This document shows, one piece after another, positions 35,568 through 45,154 of a DNA stretch of 64,000 nucleotides (the stretch's first letter is position 1; the number at the start of each line of letters is the position of its first letter). This stretch comes from an uncultured virus (IMG/VR IMGVR_UViG_3300044723_003200) (Duplodnaviria; Heunggongvirae; Uroviricota; Caudoviricetes): the IMG/VR virus record IMGVR_UViG_3300044723_003200. The stretch is one strand, 5' to 3'. Under the pieces are notes generated by a model. It did no database searches, was not told where the DNA came from, and was given only the letters and a program-made list of their open reading frames with translations. The position numbers were made by a program, and so were the translations under genes.

Positions 35568-37369
35568 TGGCATTGAAGAAATCAGACGTAGATACCGCTT
35601 TACAGGCAGAAAAGAACAAACTCAAAGCAAAGAATGCGAAGTTTGCCGACACTTCTGTGCAAGCAGTAGAAGAGAAGTTTGCCAAAACAACTAGTAAGAT
35701 TGGTGCGGTTGATGGTGAAACTTTGGCTGGTGTCAAGAGTCTTGGTGAGTCAGCAATCTCTCCCAATGAAGTTCTCAAGGATGGTGTGGGTAAAATCACA
35801 GACCAGATTCCCGGCCTTAGTGGGACGAAAAGTCCTTCTGCTGAATTGGAGTCTCTGGTAGGACTCCCTGCCATGACACAGTCTGGTGGAGACAAACCTT
35901 CTGCCGCCATGGCTGTGGTAGGTGGTGGTGCACCCAAGGACATCCAGCAGGCAATGGAAAAGGTAGAAACAATCTCAGGGGAATCACTATCAGACATATC
36001 TGCCTTCACCGCAACTATTGCAGACGCAGAGGAACTTTCTGCAATCAATACTGCACTTCCTGATCTCAAGATTCCTAAAATTGATGACATTGCAAAGAAA
36101 GTAACTCCTATCCCAAGTCTCAGTGGTGTTGCGAGTGATGCCAAGGACGCGGTATCGGACGCAACGGGTATCGGTGGATTGACCGCAAAACTAGATGATC
36201 CCAAGAATTCATTATCTAAGTTTGGTGATATCAAAGCACTGAGCAAGACTGTACTCAAAGATACCAATTCGGTGGTCGATAAGTTCACCTCTGAGTTGAA
36301 CAACTTTACTACTGAGTTCAATCAAAGAACAGAGGCAGGCTTGAGTGGAGTCTTGCAGAACTTGGCGGAGAAGGTAACCGGAAGTGCAAATGCATTTATT
36401 CAGAACATTGTGCCAGGCGGTATCTCTGCTACAGAGTCAGAAAGACAAAAGATCTTAGAACAGTTCTCAAGCAAAGATCCTGCGGAGAAAACAAAAGCGA
36501 TCAAGACATTGACTCTCAAGTCGCCTAACGTATCTGACAGAATGAAGAAAATTGTATCGGAACAAGAGGCTGATACTCCACAACAATTGAGCGACAAGAT
36601 TGCAGACGAAGCAAATAAACAAGGCGTCCCTGATAGTGAGGTCGAAACTACTACCAATGAGTTGATTACTATTGACAACGGACTGTCTAAACTTGACACC
36701 ACGATCAGTGGATCTGTTGTTGTGGATGCAAGCCTGTTTGATGAAGGTATTCCGGTTGATGCTAACAACCAGAAATGGAAGGGTAGAGCAACCGAGGATG
36801 ATGTCTTTACCTATATTGCTTCGGTAGAGGAACTGGACGCTGAATTCGCGGCTATCAAACGAGACATCACTGAGGTAGTCGTACATGCAACCGAGTCCTA
36901 TACAGACAAGGACATTGGTGCGATAGAACTTAACAACATTCACAATGAACTGGGACATGACGGCATTGGATATCACTATGTCATTCGTCGTGACGGTAGA
37001 CTGCAACGGGGTAGACCGATTAACCGTAACGGAGAACATGCTCCACTAAATGGTCATGATGTGTATTCTATTGGCCTTGTGTTGGTGGGGGGTCTAAATA
37101 TTTCGTCTGGTGGGGAGAATCCGATTGACTTTAGGTCTGCTCAGGCATTCACACGCGAACAATACACGACACTTGAGAAGTTCTTGAGATCATTCTACCG
37201 TAAGTATCCAGGCGGTCAGGTGTTTGGTCACAATGACATCGATGAACTGGAACTTGATCCTTATTTTGATGTGGTGGATTATATTGAGTCTGTATTCAGA
37301 AAGAGTAATATCACTACCGATCCTGCTCTCAGACAACCACTAAGTCCAGCGGAGATTGTAGTCGAATGA
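35567..37369 (+). CDS. Low-complexity helical protein with C-terminal N-acetylmuramoyl-L-alanine amidase (Amidase_2)
   Basis: VVVHAT, GIGYHYVIRRDG..Q.GRP, G.HA, SIG..LVGG, FT.EQ, VFGHND, DP.FDV. Confidence 0.85.
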   Translation: MALKKSDVDTALQAEKNKLKAKNAKFADTSVQAVEEKFAKTTSKIGAVDGETLAGVKSLGESAISPNEVLKDGVGKITDQIPGLSGTKSPSAELESLVGLPAMTQSGGDKPSAAMAVVGGGAPKDIQQAMEKVETISGESLSDISAFTATIADAEELSAINTALPDLKIPKIDDIAKKVTPIPSLSGVASDAKDAVSDATGIGGLTAKLDDPKNSLSKFGDIKALSKTVLKDTNSVVDKFTSELNNFTTEFNQRTEAGLSGVLQNLAEKVTGSANAFIQNIVPGGISATESERQKILEQFSSKDPAEKTKAIKTLTLKSPNVSDRMKKIVSEQEADTPQQLSDKIADEANKQGVPDSEVETTTNELITIDNGLSKLDTTISGSVVVDASLFDEGIPVDANNQKWKGRATEDDVFTYIASVEELDAEFAAIKRDITEVVVHATESYTDKDIGAIELNNIHNELGHDGIGYHYVIRRDGRLQRGRPINRNGEHAPLNGHDVYSIGLVLVGGLNISSGGENPIDFRSAQAFTREQYTTLEKFLRSFYRKYPGGQVFGHNDIDELELDPYFDVVDYIESVFRKSNITTDPALRQPLSPAEIVVE

Positions 37370-38817
37370 CAACTAAGAAAGACAACTATACTTTACGAGT
37401 TGATAAACTTGGTTCTGGTAATGAGGATACTCTAGGCGTACCTTATGATGGTATGCAAGATCCTACCGGAGAGTATCCTAGACGAGACTATAACTTCGGC
37501 ACTTCTGTAAACCAAGCAGCACGTGGACTGAAAATAAATGATCTGTATGTGGGTGGGGGAGACTTTGGTGTGTCTCTTGATCTACAACCACAGAGACCGT
37601 CCGAGTATCCGTTCAATGATGTAAACGAGACTCCATCGGGTCATGTCGTTGAGTATGATGATACGCCAGGCGGGGAACGAATCCTGATCAAACACCGAAG
37701 TGGGGCTGGTGTCGAGATGAGAGCAGATGGATCTGTTGTCATCTCTGCTGTCAACAACAAGGTGGAGGTCACGGGTGGTGATCAGACTGTCATTGTAGAG
37801 GGACACGGAAACCTCGTCTACAATGGCAATCTAAACCTGAAGGTAACGGGTGATTACAATATCGATGTTGGGGGCAACATGAACCTCAATGTCGCGGGTA
37901 ACAAGGTCGAAGCGATTGAACACAATCACAAGACCACTGTAACGGGTAACTCACAATATACCACCAAGAAGACTAAGACCACCAAGACGATTGGCACTCA
38001 CACTGACATCATGTTAGCAGACAACAACCAGTTTGTCAAGTTTGATCAGACAAACTATGTTGAGGGTAACATTGAGATGGCTTCTGAGGAGAACATCTTT
38101 ATATCCGGTAAGGAGTCCTTTGCAGTATCTTCCAAGAACACCAATATCACGGGTGCGAAGTATGTCTCTGTGTTGGGACAGAAAGGTGCAATCGGTGGTA
38201 AGAAGGTTGACTTTACTGGTAATGTATTCCAAGGTGGATTAGGTGCAGTTGCAGAATCTTCTGGTGCAATCTTCCACGGTACGTTCAAGGGTATTGCAGA
38301 TGAGGCGCTTCGTTCATATAATGCGAACAAGGCAGACCAAGCGAAGTCTGCATTTCAGGCACAAAAGGCTGCAACTGCGGGTTCATTAGGAGCAGCGGGC
38401 ACGGCATCCGATCCAACTGTAGATGAAGCAATCAAGACACAGGCAGACATTACAGGGGAAGACCCAATCACACCGACTCTTGTGGTCGCACATGCAACCA
38501 ATGGTTCTTATGCAATCAAGAATGTAATAGTGGATGCTGGGGACAGTTTGAAGAATAGAATCTTGTTGACGGATGACTACGAACAACAGTTCGATAAGAT
38601 TCCAACTACCCAAGAGATTCGATCAGCTTTCCGAAATCCTAGAACACGAGAGAAGGTCGGTGGTATTCTTGTTTCCGAAGAAAGACTGAACCCAGAATAC
38701 GAGTCAAAGACACCTCCCGCTATTGGTAGGACAGTAAAGAAATCTCCTTCGTCTAGATTTGGATTTGAGCCCATCGGTAATGCGATTGAAAACAGAGGAA
38801 AGAGATTTACGCCATGA
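37366..38817 (+). CDS. gp5: gp5 C-terminal beta-helix needle
   Basis: EYP.N.V.ET.SGH..EYDDTPG.ERI...H.SG followed by V.G repeats. Confidence 0.85.
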   Translation: MTTKKDNYTLRVDKLGSGNEDTLGVPYDGMQDPTGEYPRRDYNFGTSVNQAARGLKINDLYVGGGDFGVSLDLQPQRPSEYPFNDVNETPSGHVVEYDDTPGGERILIKHRSGAGVEMRADGSVVISAVNNKVEVTGGDQTVIVEGHGNLVYNGNLNLKVTGDYNIDVGGNMNLNVAGNKVEAIEHNHKTTVTGNSQYTTKKTKTTKTIGTHTDIMLADNNQFVKFDQTNYVEGNIEMASEENIFISGKESFAVSSKNTNITGAKYVSVLGQKGAIGGKKVDFTGNVFQGGLGAVAESSGAIFHGTFKGIADEALRSYNANKADQAKSAFQAQKAATAGSLGAAGTASDPTVDEAIKTQADITGEDPITPTLVVAHATNGSYAIKNVIVDAGDSLKNRILLTDDYEQQFDKIPTTQEIRSAFRNPRTREKVGGILVSEERLNPEYESKTPPAIGRTVKKSPSSRFGFEPIGNAIENRGKRFTP

Positions 38818-39407
38818 TAGTATTAGTTGATCCGGTATACAACCCAGAGTTTCGTAGTGAGATAACCTCTGCCACTAAGCTTGCGCCTGGAGTCACCATC
38901 GCAAAGTTTCTGGGTGCGTATGGTGACAGGACATCTTTCAATCATGTAGCGTCCAAGTCATCTCGACTACAGATTGCACGTAACCTGTACATGCAAGCAG
39001 AGGCAATGAGAATCATCAATGGTAACACCGAGAACTTCAATGATGTTCGACTGATTGTATCGGAAGGCATCTTTGATCTAAAGACTGGTGATCTAGGTGA
39101 TGCTGTGATGAAAAAGAAAGGTAATGGTAGTTTGGTATATTATCAAGTCGTAGACAGGGAAGGCAAAATCGATCTAGAAAAAACCTTTGATGTAGCTGAG
39201 TACTGGAAAGACTATATCAACTTTGGTACTCTCTATTTGGACTACGACATATACAATGTTGATGGTAGCCTGACCGCACAAATTGGTCTAGAGTTTCCGA
39301 ATATTCCAGCGACATTTGATGTCAACTTTGATCGTAATGTGGAAACTTATTTTAATAATGAATTGATGAGTGCTGATGAACTGATAGAAATCAAAGAAAA
39401 AGATTAA
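38814..39407 (+). CDS. Hypothetical protein, probably degenerate peptidase M15 fold
   Basis: Aligns by eye to 115-579 (TKLAPGVTIAKF/TRLSQNFTLQEY; DVAEYWKDYINFGTLYLDY/TVAKWIRDNLEFDQLISEF) without the Zn ligands. Confidence 0.55.
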   Translation: MIVLVDPVYNPEFRSEITSATKLAPGVTIAKFLGAYGDRTSFNHVASKSSRLQIARNLYMQAEAMRIINGNTENFNDVRLIVSEGIFDLKTGDLGDAVMKKKGNGSLVYYQVVDREGKIDLEKTFDVAEYWKDYINFGTLYLDYDIYNVDGSLTAQIGLEFPNIPATFDVNFDRNVETYFNNELMSADELIEIKEKD

Positions 39408-39414
39408 AAAAGGT

Positions 39415-39422
39415 TATAAATA
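39415..39422 (+). promoter_or_regulatory. T4-type late promoter
   Basis: TATAAATA, 5 nt before gp25 ATG. Confidence 0.75.
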
Positions 39423-39427
39423 GTACT

Positions 39428-39877
39428 ATGGCAATACGTAGAGCATTCGCACAAGAAGATACAGATCTCCAAACTGCCTCGATTACGACTACGAGGGAGA
39501 GGGATTATGTCGATATTGATTTGACTTTCAGAGCAAAACCTTCTAGTGGAGAGATCTTCAAGAAGAACGGAGCTGCGGCAGTCAAACAATCAATCAAGAC
39601 GTTGGTCATGACCAATCTCTTGGAGAAACCCTTTCGTCCACGATTTGGTGGTAATGTTAGGGCTCAACTGTTCGAGTTGGCGGATCGTGGCAAGTCATCG
39701 ACTTTACGTAGAAACATTATAGAGAATATCGAAGTATACGAACCAAGGGCAGAGATCCTAGATGTGATCGTTAATCTGCAACCCGACAGACATAGTTTGG
39801 ACGTAACTATTAAGTTCAAGGTAGTGAACTCACAAGAACAGGTTGAGTTTAGTACCACACTAGCAAGGTTAAGATAA
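39428..39877 (+). CDS. gp25: Baseplate wedge subunit gp25
   Basis: Y.DIDL.F, AVKQSI..LV.T...EKPF.P.FG, LFE, YEPR. Confidence 0.92.
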   Translation: MAIRRAFAQEDTDLQTASITTTRERDYVDIDLTFRAKPSSGEIFKKNGAAAVKQSIKTLVMTNLLEKPFRPRFGGNVRAQLFELADRGKSSTLRRNIIENIEVYEPRAEILDVIVNLQPDRHSLDVTIKFKVVNSQEQVEFSTTLARLR

Positions 39878-39878
39878 C

Positions 39879-41705
39879 ATGGCAACAACAATCAAATCCA
39901 CATCATTAGACTTTGATGCGATTAAGAATAATCTCAAGGTTTTCCTTGCTGACAAAGAAGAGTTTCAGGACTATAACTTTGAGGCGTCTGGTCTATCTAA
40001 TATCTTAGATGTTCTTGCATACAATACGCACTACAATGGCTTGACTGCCAACTTTGCCCTGAACGAGTCTTTCCTTGGAACAGCACAACTACGTAGTTCT
40101 ATCATTTCTCTGGCTGAGGGAATCGGTTACGTCCCTGATTCAAAGACCTCATCACAGGCAATCATTAAGATGTCACTTAACCTGAGCGGTGTGTCTGATC
40201 GTCCCAATACTGTACAACTGGACGATGGATATAAGTTCAACGCGACAGTAGACGAAACCGAATACGTATTCCAAACGATAGAAGACCTCAGCGCCACTGA
40301 TAATGGAGAGGGTCTGTATATTTTCACAGATGCTTCTGGTAGTCAGAATATCAAAGTTTATGAGGGCACTCGAAGAGTCAAGACTTTCCTTGTGGATGGA
40401 CAATCGGAGAATCCGATTTATATCATTCCTGATACTGAGATTGATATTGATACTGCGGAAGTGCGGGTATATGAGACACCGTCTTCTTCTCAATTCAGTA
40501 CATATACCAACATCCTTGAAGCAACCACTATCAGTGAGGCATCTACGTTATTCATTTTGAAAGAGTCCCCAAATGGATTCTTTGAGTTGTCTTTCGGTAA
40601 TGGTACGACTCTGGGTAAAGCTCCGGCGGCAGGTAACAAGGTGACCGTAACCTATCTAGCCGCAGCTGGCGCAGTGGCAGATACCGCAAAAACCTTTGAA
40701 CCACAATCCGCAATCACTATTGGTGGAACAGGATACAACGCATCGATCACCACGGTCTCAAATTCTGTGGGTGGTGGTGATAAAGAAACTATTGAATCTA
40801 TTCGACAAAATGCTCCCTTCCAGTACGCATCTCAGAATCGAATGGTGACGGCGGTAGATTATACCTCTTTGGTACTAAGAAACTATTCTACCTTGATTAA
40901 GGATATCACCTCTTTTGGTGGTGAGGAAGCAATTAACCCAGTCTTTGGTACTGTGTTCATGTCTATCCTATTCAACTCTGATGTTTCGGCCGAAACGATA
41001 CAGACAACAAAGGATTCTATCCTTGACCTTGCGGAACAACTGTCTGTAGCATCATTCAATGTACAGTTTGATGATCCGGTTAAAACATTTGTTGAGACTG
41101 AGTTATTCTTCCAGTTCAACCCGAACCTCACGACCCTGTCTCGCAATACAATTCAGGACAGCGTGACAACCGCGATCACAGAATATTTTGATACCAATAC
41201 TGGCAAGTTCAACCAGTCTTTCCGGCGATCAAATCTGTTGACTCTGATAGACAATGTGAGTCCTGCTATCCTATCATCTCGTGCTACTGTTCGTATGCAG
41301 AGACGATTCACTCCAACCTTGACTTTGAAACAAGATCATACGTTGAGGTATGCTGCGGGTATTGCTATACCGGATGATGTTAACCACACGATTACATCAA
41401 CAGCTTTCACCTTCCAGAACAAGACTTGTGTCTTGAGAAACAAACTAAACACCAATAAGTTAGAAGTCTTCAACCAAGATGATCGTGAAGTGATTGTGGA
41501 TAACGTGGGCGACTACACTGGCGACACAGTAAAAATCGTGGGGTTACGTGTTGATAACTTTGTGGGTGCTGATCAGTTCATCAAGGTATCAGTCACTCCA
41601 TCGAATCAGAGTGCACTGACTCCTTTGAGAAACGATGTTCTAGAGTTTGATGCTGGTCAGTCCTTCTCTCGTATCGTAGAAGTGGAGCCTGGGGTTACTA
41701 ACTAA
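39879..41705 (+). CDS. gp6: Baseplate wedge subunit gp6
   Basis: LDFD.IK..L, F.DY.FE.S.L..LD.LAYNT.Y, NE.FL.TA..R.S, GY.P, FG.G..G, GG.D.E.IESIR..AP..Y..QNR.VT..DY. Confidence 0.93.
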   Translation: MATTIKSTSLDFDAIKNNLKVFLADKEEFQDYNFEASGLSNILDVLAYNTHYNGLTANFALNESFLGTAQLRSSIISLAEGIGYVPDSKTSSQAIIKMSLNLSGVSDRPNTVQLDDGYKFNATVDETEYVFQTIEDLSATDNGEGLYIFTDASGSQNIKVYEGTRRVKTFLVDGQSENPIYIIPDTEIDIDTAEVRVYETPSSSQFSTYTNILEATTISEASTLFILKESPNGFFELSFGNGTTLGKAPAAGNKVTVTYLAAAGAVADTAKTFEPQSAITIGGTGYNASITTVSNSVGGGDKETIESIRQNAPFQYASQNRMVTAVDYTSLVLRNYSTLIKDITSFGGEEAINPVFGTVFMSILFNSDVSAETIQTTKDSILDLAEQLSVASFNVQFDDPVKTFVETELFFQFNPNLTTLSRNTIQDSVTTAITEYFDTNTGKFNQSFRRSNLLTLIDNVSPAILSSRATVRMQRRFTPTLTLKQDHTLRYAAGIAIPDDVNHTITSTAFTFQNKTCVLRNKLNTNKLEVFNQDDREVIVDNVGDYTGDTVKIVGLRVDNFVGADQFIKVSVTPSNQSALTPLRNDVLEFDAGQSFSRIVEVEPGVTN

Positions 41706-42706
41706 TGTCACACAAAACTGATGATACACTGAAGGATCTGAATCGGAGAGATATTGCCTTTCCGAAATACTATGTCGATGAGGTTCTCCCTGAGTTTTTC
41801 GCAGGCACGTATCCGAAACTTATCACACTTCTAGAAGAGTATTATCATTTTGAGGATGGAGATGATGCTCCCTCCAGGCTTGTGAATGAACTATTTTACA
41901 ACCGTGATGTCACTCAAGCGGACATTCAGTTACTCTCCTATATTGAGGACGAGTTACTTCTGGGACAGTCTTACTTTGAGGGCTTTGCAGACAAACGAGC
42001 TGCAGCAAAATTCTCGAACACTTTGTATCGTTCTAAGGGAACCAAGTTCTCTATTCAACAGTTCTTCCGAACTTTCTTTAGTATTGACCCCGAAGTGATT
42101 TATACTAAAGAACAAGTATTCAAAGTTGGAGAGGAAGCTTCTAAGGTTGGGTTCGAGTCACAGAAGTTCATTACTGACAATAAATTATATCAAACTTTTG
42201 CTATCCTTGTCAAGTCGGAACTCGCGTTTAATGAGTGGAAAGAACCCTACAAACTCTTTGTTCATCCAGCCGGAATGTTCATTGGCAGTCAGGTACAGAT
42301 TGTATCTCAGGTAACAGACACTCTGACCGCACCTCAAGTAATCGAAGCTCCTGTACCACCTTTCGTGGTGGAAGATACCGCATCATTTGGAGACTTCGCA
42401 TCGACGGATCTTACAGCACTAGTGGACGATATACATACAGATTCGGATGGCGTGTTGTTTAGAATCAACCCAGTACTAACCGACATGAGAAACTTCTCTC
42501 TACTGGATCTTCAGACTATAGAGAATCAGTATTCATCGTTGCGTGAAGCTCAGACTGCTTCGTCACCCACATTCGATGATTCGGATGAGTTTGAGACGAA
42601 TGGTATGGATATGAGTAACAACTTCTTCTTTGAAACGATGGATCAAGAGAGACACCGTTGGTACAGTGGTGATTCGGATCAGTACATGAAAAGTTTTACA
42701 CTTTAG
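41705..42706 (+). CDS. Baseplate wedge protein (gp7-like, short)
   Basis: LPEF, L..YY, Y.SKGT..S...FFR..F, YQ.F....KS, HPAG. Confidence 0.7.
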   Translation: MSHKTDDTLKDLNRRDIAFPKYYVDEVLPEFFAGTYPKLITLLEEYYHFEDGDDAPSRLVNELFYNRDVTQADIQLLSYIEDELLLGQSYFEGFADKRAAAKFSNTLYRSKGTKFSIQQFFRTFFSIDPEVIYTKEQVFKVGEEASKVGFESQKFITDNKLYQTFAILVKSELAFNEWKEPYKLFVHPAGMFIGSQVQIVSQVTDTLTAPQVIEAPVPPFVVEDTASFGDFASTDLTALVDDIHTDSDGVLFRINPVLTDMRNFSLLDLQTIENQYSSLREAQTASSPTFDDSDEFETNGMDMSNNFFFETMDQERHRWYSGDSDQYMKSFTL

Positions 42707-42717
42707 TCAATAACACT

Positions 42718-42725
42718 TATAAATA
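42718..42725 (+). promoter_or_regulatory. T4-type late promoter
   Basis: Intergenic TATAAATA. Confidence 0.75.
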
Positions 42726-42747
42726 GATAAAACAGACGGATTAAAAA

Positions 42748-43779
42748 ATGGCACGACAAACTATAAATCGTGGAACAACAGCGAATGATGGTACAGGGGA
42801 TACCCTGCGTACTGCTGCCCAGAAGATTAATGAGAACTTCACAGAACTCTATTTGTCTATTGGTGGTGATTCAGCCTCTGCGACAGTAACTTTGACCGAT
42901 CTTGGTGTCGTGTTTGAAGGTCAAACAGCGGATGACTTTGAAACTACGTTGGTTGCCGCCGAACCGACTCAAGATAACATTGTCTATGTTCCTGACGATG
43001 GTGGTACTCTGATCTTGGATTCGTGTCAACAAACGCTGACCAATAAAACTATCCTAAGTCCTACTCTAACCACTCCGTCTATCAAGGACAATGATTCAAG
43101 TCACACCTACAACATTACCGTAGGCAACTTGTCGGCCAATCGTGACATTGCGATTCCCACACTGTCATCTGATGACACCTTTGTGTTTGCCGATGCAACA
43201 CAAACTCTTACTAACAAGACCATTGATGGATTGACTGTATCAAATCCAACCTTCGGTGGTATCAGTAATGGTTCATTTATACTTGACAGTGCTGGTGAGG
43301 AGTATCTCAAGTTTGTAAATGTTTCGAGTGCGGTAAACTTTATAACGATCACTAATGCCGCAACGGGTGATGGTGCTGCAATTGATGTTGAAGGTGATGA
43401 CACAAACATCAGTCTCAAGCTTGGTGCTAAGGGAACTGGTGGTGTTGAGATCGTAAACAAACTTGTTCTTGAAAAGGGAACAGACGTTTCTTCCACTACT
43501 GCGATTGACTTGACCGAACCTTTGACGATATTTAACTCTGGTAGTTTGATTAGTCCGACTATCGGAGATGGAACTATCCAAGGAGAGATGCAAGTCCTAT
43601 CGAATGTCGGTGCTGGTGAAGTACGACTGACTCCAGCTGGTGGCACTTCAAACATTTTCGGTGTTGATTCCGGTAATGGATTTGTCGCATTTGATGAAGG
43701 TGATGGGTGTCAACTCGTTTGGAATAACACAAAAAGTAAATGGTTCTTTGTGTCTAACAACGGCACAGTAACAGGGTAA
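42748..43779 (+). CDS. Baseplate/fibre connector with gp9/gp10-type N-terminus
   Basis: Q.IN.G...NDGTGD.LR.A..KIN.NF.ELY; QTLTNKT repeats. Confidence 0.75.
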   Translation: MARQTINRGTTANDGTGDTLRTAAQKINENFTELYLSIGGDSASATVTLTDLGVVFEGQTADDFETTLVAAEPTQDNIVYVPDDGGTLILDSCQQTLTNKTILSPTLTTPSIKDNDSSHTYNITVGNLSANRDIAIPTLSSDDTFVFADATQTLTNKTIDGLTVSNPTFGGISNGSFILDSAGEEYLKFVNVSSAVNFITITNAATGDGAAIDVEGDDTNISLKLGAKGTGGVEIVNKLVLEKGTDVSSTTAIDLTEPLTIFNSGSLISPTIGDGTIQGEMQVLSNVGAGEVRLTPAGGTSNIFGVDSGNGFVAFDEGDGCQLVWNNTKSKWFFVSNNGTVTG

Positions 43780-43783
43780 CAAA

Positions 43784-45142
43784 ATGGCGATTGTAACTAA
43801 CAGATTAAAAAAACAGGTCATTAGTGATATTAAGACAGACTTTGATAGTGCTGATACGTATTACTATGCAGCAATCGGACGTTCTGAGGATTGGAATGAT
43901 TCTGATATTGCGCCTTCGGCAATTAATAGTCTGAGAGAATCTAGAAATTTCCGACTGTCTGCTCAGTCTGCAAAGAATATTATTGACCTATCCTTTGTTG
44001 TGCCACGTTACAACTGGTCATCCGGTGCAGTCTATTCAGCATATGATGATGCCAGTGGTGGTTATCCTACACAATCATATTATGTTATGAATGACAACAA
44101 CCAAGTTTACATATGCATTCAACAATCAAAGAATGCTTCTGGTCAAGCACAAGTATCTACAGTACAACCAAGTGGTAATACTACAGGTACTCCGTTTGAT
44201 ACTGCTGATGGTTATATCTGGAAGTTCTTATATTCTATCAGTGCATTGGACGCAACTAAATTTATCTCAGCCAATTACATTCCCGTTAAACTACAGGGAG
44301 CGACTAACCCAGATTCTCCTGCTCCTGACGTAGAACAACTTGCAGTACAGAATGCTGCAATCGCGGGACAGATCATAGGCTACGCTGTAGATTCCGGTGG
44401 TGCTGGGTATACGTCTACTCCTACCATCACGGTACGAGGAGACGGTACGAAAGCAAAGGCAGGAGCCACGATCTCTGGTGGACAGGTGACCAAGGTAGAA
44501 CTCATCGATAGTTCTGGTAACTATACACTTGGTTCTGGGTATCAGTTTGCCGATGTATCGGTGACTGGTGGTGGTTCTCCGACTAAACCTGCAAAGGTTC
44601 GTGCTATCTTTGGTTCTGTTTTAGGTCTGGGTGGAGATCCCAGAGACGATCTTCGTTCTACCGCCGTCATGTTCAACGTGAAACCAGAGGGTACTGTTGA
44701 CGGTGACTTTATCATCGGCAACGACTTCCGTCAAGTGGGTCTTATGAAAGAACTTAAAGACTCCGCTGACGGAACAGCCTTTACCGAAGCAAACGGTGGT
44801 ATGTTAAAAGAACTAAGACTTTCTAGCATAACAACCGGATTCACTGCGGATAACACCATTCAGGGTTCTACGTCTGGTGTTGAGGCACTGATAGATAAAG
44901 TTGATTCAGATAGCATTTTCTATCACCAGACAGAAGCGACCGGATTTGGAAACTTTGACTCTGGTGAAAATATTACTGAAACTGATGGAAATGGAGCCGG
45001 TGTATTAGATGCATCTTTCGCTCCATTTATAAAACCTGAAATTGATCCGTTTTCTGGTCAACTTCTGTACGTTGACAACCGCGCTGCGGTAACTCGTTCA
45101 GCTGACCAGACTGAAGATATTAAAATCGTAATACAAATCTAA
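43784..45142 (+). CDS. gp8: Baseplate wedge subunit gp8
   Basis: IGR...W, VVPR.NW.SG..Y..YDD, YYVMN....VY.C, ST..P, DGY.WKFLY, DFRQVGL, SG.LLY..NR....R...Q.EDIK. Confidence 0.9.
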   Translation: MAIVTNRLKKQVISDIKTDFDSADTYYYAAIGRSEDWNDSDIAPSAINSLRESRNFRLSAQSAKNIIDLSFVVPRYNWSSGAVYSAYDDASGGYPTQSYYVMNDNNQVYICIQQSKNASGQAQVSTVQPSGNTTGTPFDTADGYIWKFLYSISALDATKFISANYIPVKLQGATNPDSPAPDVEQLAVQNAAIAGQIIGYAVDSGGAGYTSTPTITVRGDGTKAKAGATISGGQVTKVELIDSSGNYTLGSGYQFADVSVTGGGSPTKPAKVRAIFGSVLGLGGDPRDDLRSTAVMFNVKPEGTVDGDFIIGNDFRQVGLMKELKDSADGTAFTEANGGMLKELRLSSITTGFTADNTIQGSTSGVEALIDKVDSDSIFYHQTEATGFGNFDSGENITETDGNGAGVLDASFAPFIKPEIDPFSGQLLYVDNRAAVTRSADQTEDIKIVIQI

Positions 45143-45154
45143 TAAGGTATAGAG

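Noticed and set aside
35518..37039. Long minus-strand ORFs (267, 122 and 190 aa)
   Set aside because: Antisense to a well-supported structural gene; explained by codon bias. The same applies to those at 43107, 45379 and 50508-52187.
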